From: Bryobacterales bacterium
GTDB taxonomy: Bacteria > Acidobacteriota > Terriglobia > Bryobacterales > Bryobacteraceae
DNA: 64,000 nucleotides
Direction of reading: 5' to 3'
Assembly: GCA_963744775.1 (NCBI GenBank)
Contig: CAVUVG010000009.1
Location: 612 to 64,611 of the forward strand
The translations under genes were made by a program, and so were the position numbers. A model generated the notes under the pieces. It was not told the DNA's origin. It saw nothing but the letters and a program-made list of their open reading frames with translations, and did not search any database. This document shows positions 62,202-64,000 of the stretch, one piece after another (within the stretch, counting starts at the first letter, position 1; each line of letters starts with the position of its first letter).

Positions 62202-64000
62202 ATGAAAGCGACGACGTTGAAGATCTTGGTTTTAAGCCTGGCCTTGACAGGAGTGATGTGGGCCGCCGATGAGGACGAAGATCCGGGCCAAGGCGTAGCC
62301 CGGGTCAGCCTGATCAACGGTGACGTCTCCGTGCGTCGTGGCGACTCCGGCGAAGTGGTGGCCGCGGCCGTCAACGCGCCGCTGGTGGTTCAGGATCAGG
62401 TCATCACGGGCAGCGCCTCTCGCGCGGAGGTCCAGTTCGACTGGGCGAACATGATCCGGTTGTCTTCCAATTCCGAGATCCGCCTGGCGGATCTGGAGAA
62501 CCGCAGGTACCTGATTCAGGTGGCGCAGGGAACTGTTACTTTCCGCGTGGCGCGCGAGTCCGACGCGGATGTCGAGATCAGCACGCCAAACGTGTCCGTG
62601 CGGCCGATGCGCAAGGGCTCTTACCGTATCACCGTGCAGGAGGACGGCGACTCCGAAATTACGGTGCGCTCCGGCGAAGCGGAGATCTTCACGCCTGGCG
62701 GTTCAGAGCGCCTTGGTTCCGGGCGCACGATGCTGGCGCGGGGTTCCGCATCCGATCCTGAGTATCGAATTGTGAGCGGCATCGGCAAAGACGGTTGGGA
62801 TCAGTGGAACGAGGAACGCGATCGCCGTTTCGAGGACGCCCAGGCCTATCGCTACGTGGATCGCAGCATCTATGGGGCCGAGGACCTGGAGGGCTATGGT
62901 TCCTGGGTCGATGTTGCACCTTATGGATGGGTTTGGTCACCGCGGGTGGCGGCCGGTTGGGCGCCCTATAGCTACGGCCGCTGGGCATGGATGGATTGGT
63001 ATGGATGGAACTGGGTCAGCTACGACCCCTGGGGTTGGGCGCCGTTCCACTATGGACGCTGGTTCTATGACAGCCCGCGCGGGTGGTGCTGGTATCCGGG
63101 GCCGCTGCGCACTCGTCAATACTGGCGCCCGGGACTGGTGGCGTTTTTCGGCTACGGCGGCTGGGGCGGTTTCCAGGCAGGTGCCGGCCTGGGCCACGTG
63201 GGCTGGGTGCCGCTGGCGCCGCATGAGCCCTTCCACCCCTGGTATGGACGCCGCTACTACAACGGCTACCGGAACGACATCGACAACAGCGTCAGGATCG
63301 TCAACAACACCAACATCGTGAGTGTGTACCGGAACGCGCGTGTCAACAACGCCGTGTCCGCGATGGAGGCCTCCCAGTTCGGGCGGGGAAGCGGCAACCC
63401 GGTGCGGGTGCGCGGCGACGAGCTGCGCCGCGTGGATCTGGTTCGGGGCCAGCTGCCCGTGGTTCCTGGCCGGGAGAGTCTCAGGGTATCCAACCGCCAG
63501 GTGGTGACGACACCCGAGCGAAGGGTGATCCCCAATGAGCGGTTCTTCAGCAGAACGCGGCCCGCGCCGGTGGACCGGGTGCCGTTCGAGCAGCAACAGC
63601 GGGGCATCGAACAGGTCACGCGCCGGACCTTCGGCGAGCCCGCGCCTGTCCGCCGGGTGGAACCGGCGGCCCCTGCACCTAGTGTTCAGGCGCCTACCGT
63701 TCGGCCCGTCCCAGTACCGGAGAGGCGGCAGCCAGTGGACAACGACAATTGGCGGCGATTTGAGCGAACCGCGCCTCGGGCCGAGCCGGCCGCTCCCTCC
63801 AGAACAATGGATGCGCCCAGGCGTGAGCCTCCGGTTTACCGGCCAGCTCCGGCCGAAACCCCCAGGCAGGAAGCGCCGGTCTACCGGCCAGTTCCGCGAA
63901 ACAACGACGAGCCGCGCAACAATTCACCGCAGATCCGGGTCAGCCCGCCGACCGTGAGAGAGCGGCAAGCCGCTCCGGCGCCGAGGACGGAATCTGCGCG
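62202..64000 (+). CDS. FecR-domain protein with Trp/Tyr/Gly-rich repeat region and Pro-rich tail; 3' end lies outside the window. Not in the supplied ORF track
   Basis: AGGAGG lies 5 nt before ATG 62202. I translated all 599 codons by hand and found no stop. Signal MKATTLKILVLSLALTGVMWA. FecR-like GVARVSLINGDVSVRRGDSGE...VITGSASRAEVQF. YGSWVDVAPYGWVWSP...WGWAPFHYGRWFY. Tail with PVYRP repeats. Confidence 0.75.
   Translation, partial: MKATTLKILVLSLALTGVMWAADEDEDPGQGVARVSLINGDVSVRRGDSGEVVAAAVNAPLVVQDQVITGSASRAEVQFDWANMIRLSSNSEIRLADLENRRYLIQVAQGTVTFRVARESDADVEISTPNVSVRPMRKGSYRITVQEDGDSEITVRSGEAEIFTPGGSERLGSGRTMLARGSASDPEYRIVSGIGKDGWDQWNEERDRRFEDAQAYRYVDRSIYGAEDLEGYGSWVDVAPYGWVWSPRVAAGWAPYSYGRWAWMDWYGWNWVSYDPWGWAPFHYGRWFYDSPRGWCWYPGPLRTRQYWRPGLVAFFGYGGWGGFQAGAGLGHVGWVPLAPHEPFHPWYGRRYYNGYRNDIDNSVRIVNNTNIVSVYRNARVNNAVSAMEASQFGRGSGNPVRVRGDELRRVDLVRGQLPVVPGRESLRVSNRQVVTTPERRVIPNERFFSRTRPAPVDRVPFEQQQRGIEQVTRRTFGEPAPVRRVEPAAPAPSVQAPTVRPVPVPERRQPVDNDNWRRFERTAPRAEPAAPSRTMDAPRREPPVYRPAPAETPRQEAPVYRPVPRNNDEPRNNSPQIRVSPPTVRERQAAPAPRTESA

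Overview
Visibly GC-rich chromosomal window with about 55 genes. It is most consistent with Acidobacteriota, because it holds a PadR plus ADOP-type duplicated permease pair, many Tat-signal oxidoreductases and FecR/Trp-rich proteins; this placement is inference. No rRNA, CRISPR array, transposase, integrase or phage genes were seen.

Gene content by position:
- 1-4470: three enolase-superfamily paralogs around a Tat-signal DUF362 gene.
- 4471-7094: a small decaying toxin-antitoxin islet (orphan higA with a higB relic, VIT1 transporter, vapBC) on the 3' side of tRNA-Asn.
- 7095-13242: O-methyltransferase, a secreted protein, folK, ruvB, ruvA, rsmE, a Tat-signal Gfo/Idh/MocA oxidoreductase and PadR.
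- 13239-15890: the ADOP permease.
- 15903-20150: beta-propeller protein, cyclase, DUF1593 protein and a secreted hypothetical.
- 20296-28474: mreB-mreC-mreD-mrdA-rodA followed by an RNase E/G gene.
- 29368-40403: radical SAM, argD-like aminotransferase, secreted ADP-ribosylglycohydrolase, and gltD-gltB with a divergent LysR regulator.
- 40425-44323: M28 peptidase and a rubrerythrin / CCG Fe-S protein / DUF3501 triad.
- 44307-53423: one long minus-strand gene string. It starts with GntR, then a NapH/NapG-like polyferredoxin, a Tat-signal Fe-S aldo-keto reductase and a Tat-signal DUF362 gene, followed by a glycan operon (UDP-glucuronate decarboxylase, radical SAM/SPASM, oxidoreductase, GT2).
- 53692-64000: secreted M10-like metalloprotease, an Nramp-USP fusion, two divergent GT-C-like membrane proteins, and a FecR/Trp-rich protein that runs off the 3' edge and is missing from the ORF track.

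Two observations stand out:
1. Frameshifts are not spread evenly. They are packed into five blocks of roughly 2-7 kb that break conserved genes (ADOP, mreC/mreD/mrdA/rodA/rng, gltB, the Fe-S reductase and polyferredoxin, mntH and a YfhO-like gene). The blocks are separated by clean stretches of several kb. Where I could resolve the sites they are 1-nt indels, four of five in short homopolymers. This looks more like patchy consensus quality than biology, but it must be checked.
2. The best candidate for an uncharacterised system is the GntR-led periplasm-facing redox module at 48418-53423. Next to it sits a possible small RNA with its own promoter and terminator at about 53549-53676.

All coordinates and frameshift counts were derived by eye from the sequence and the ORF track.
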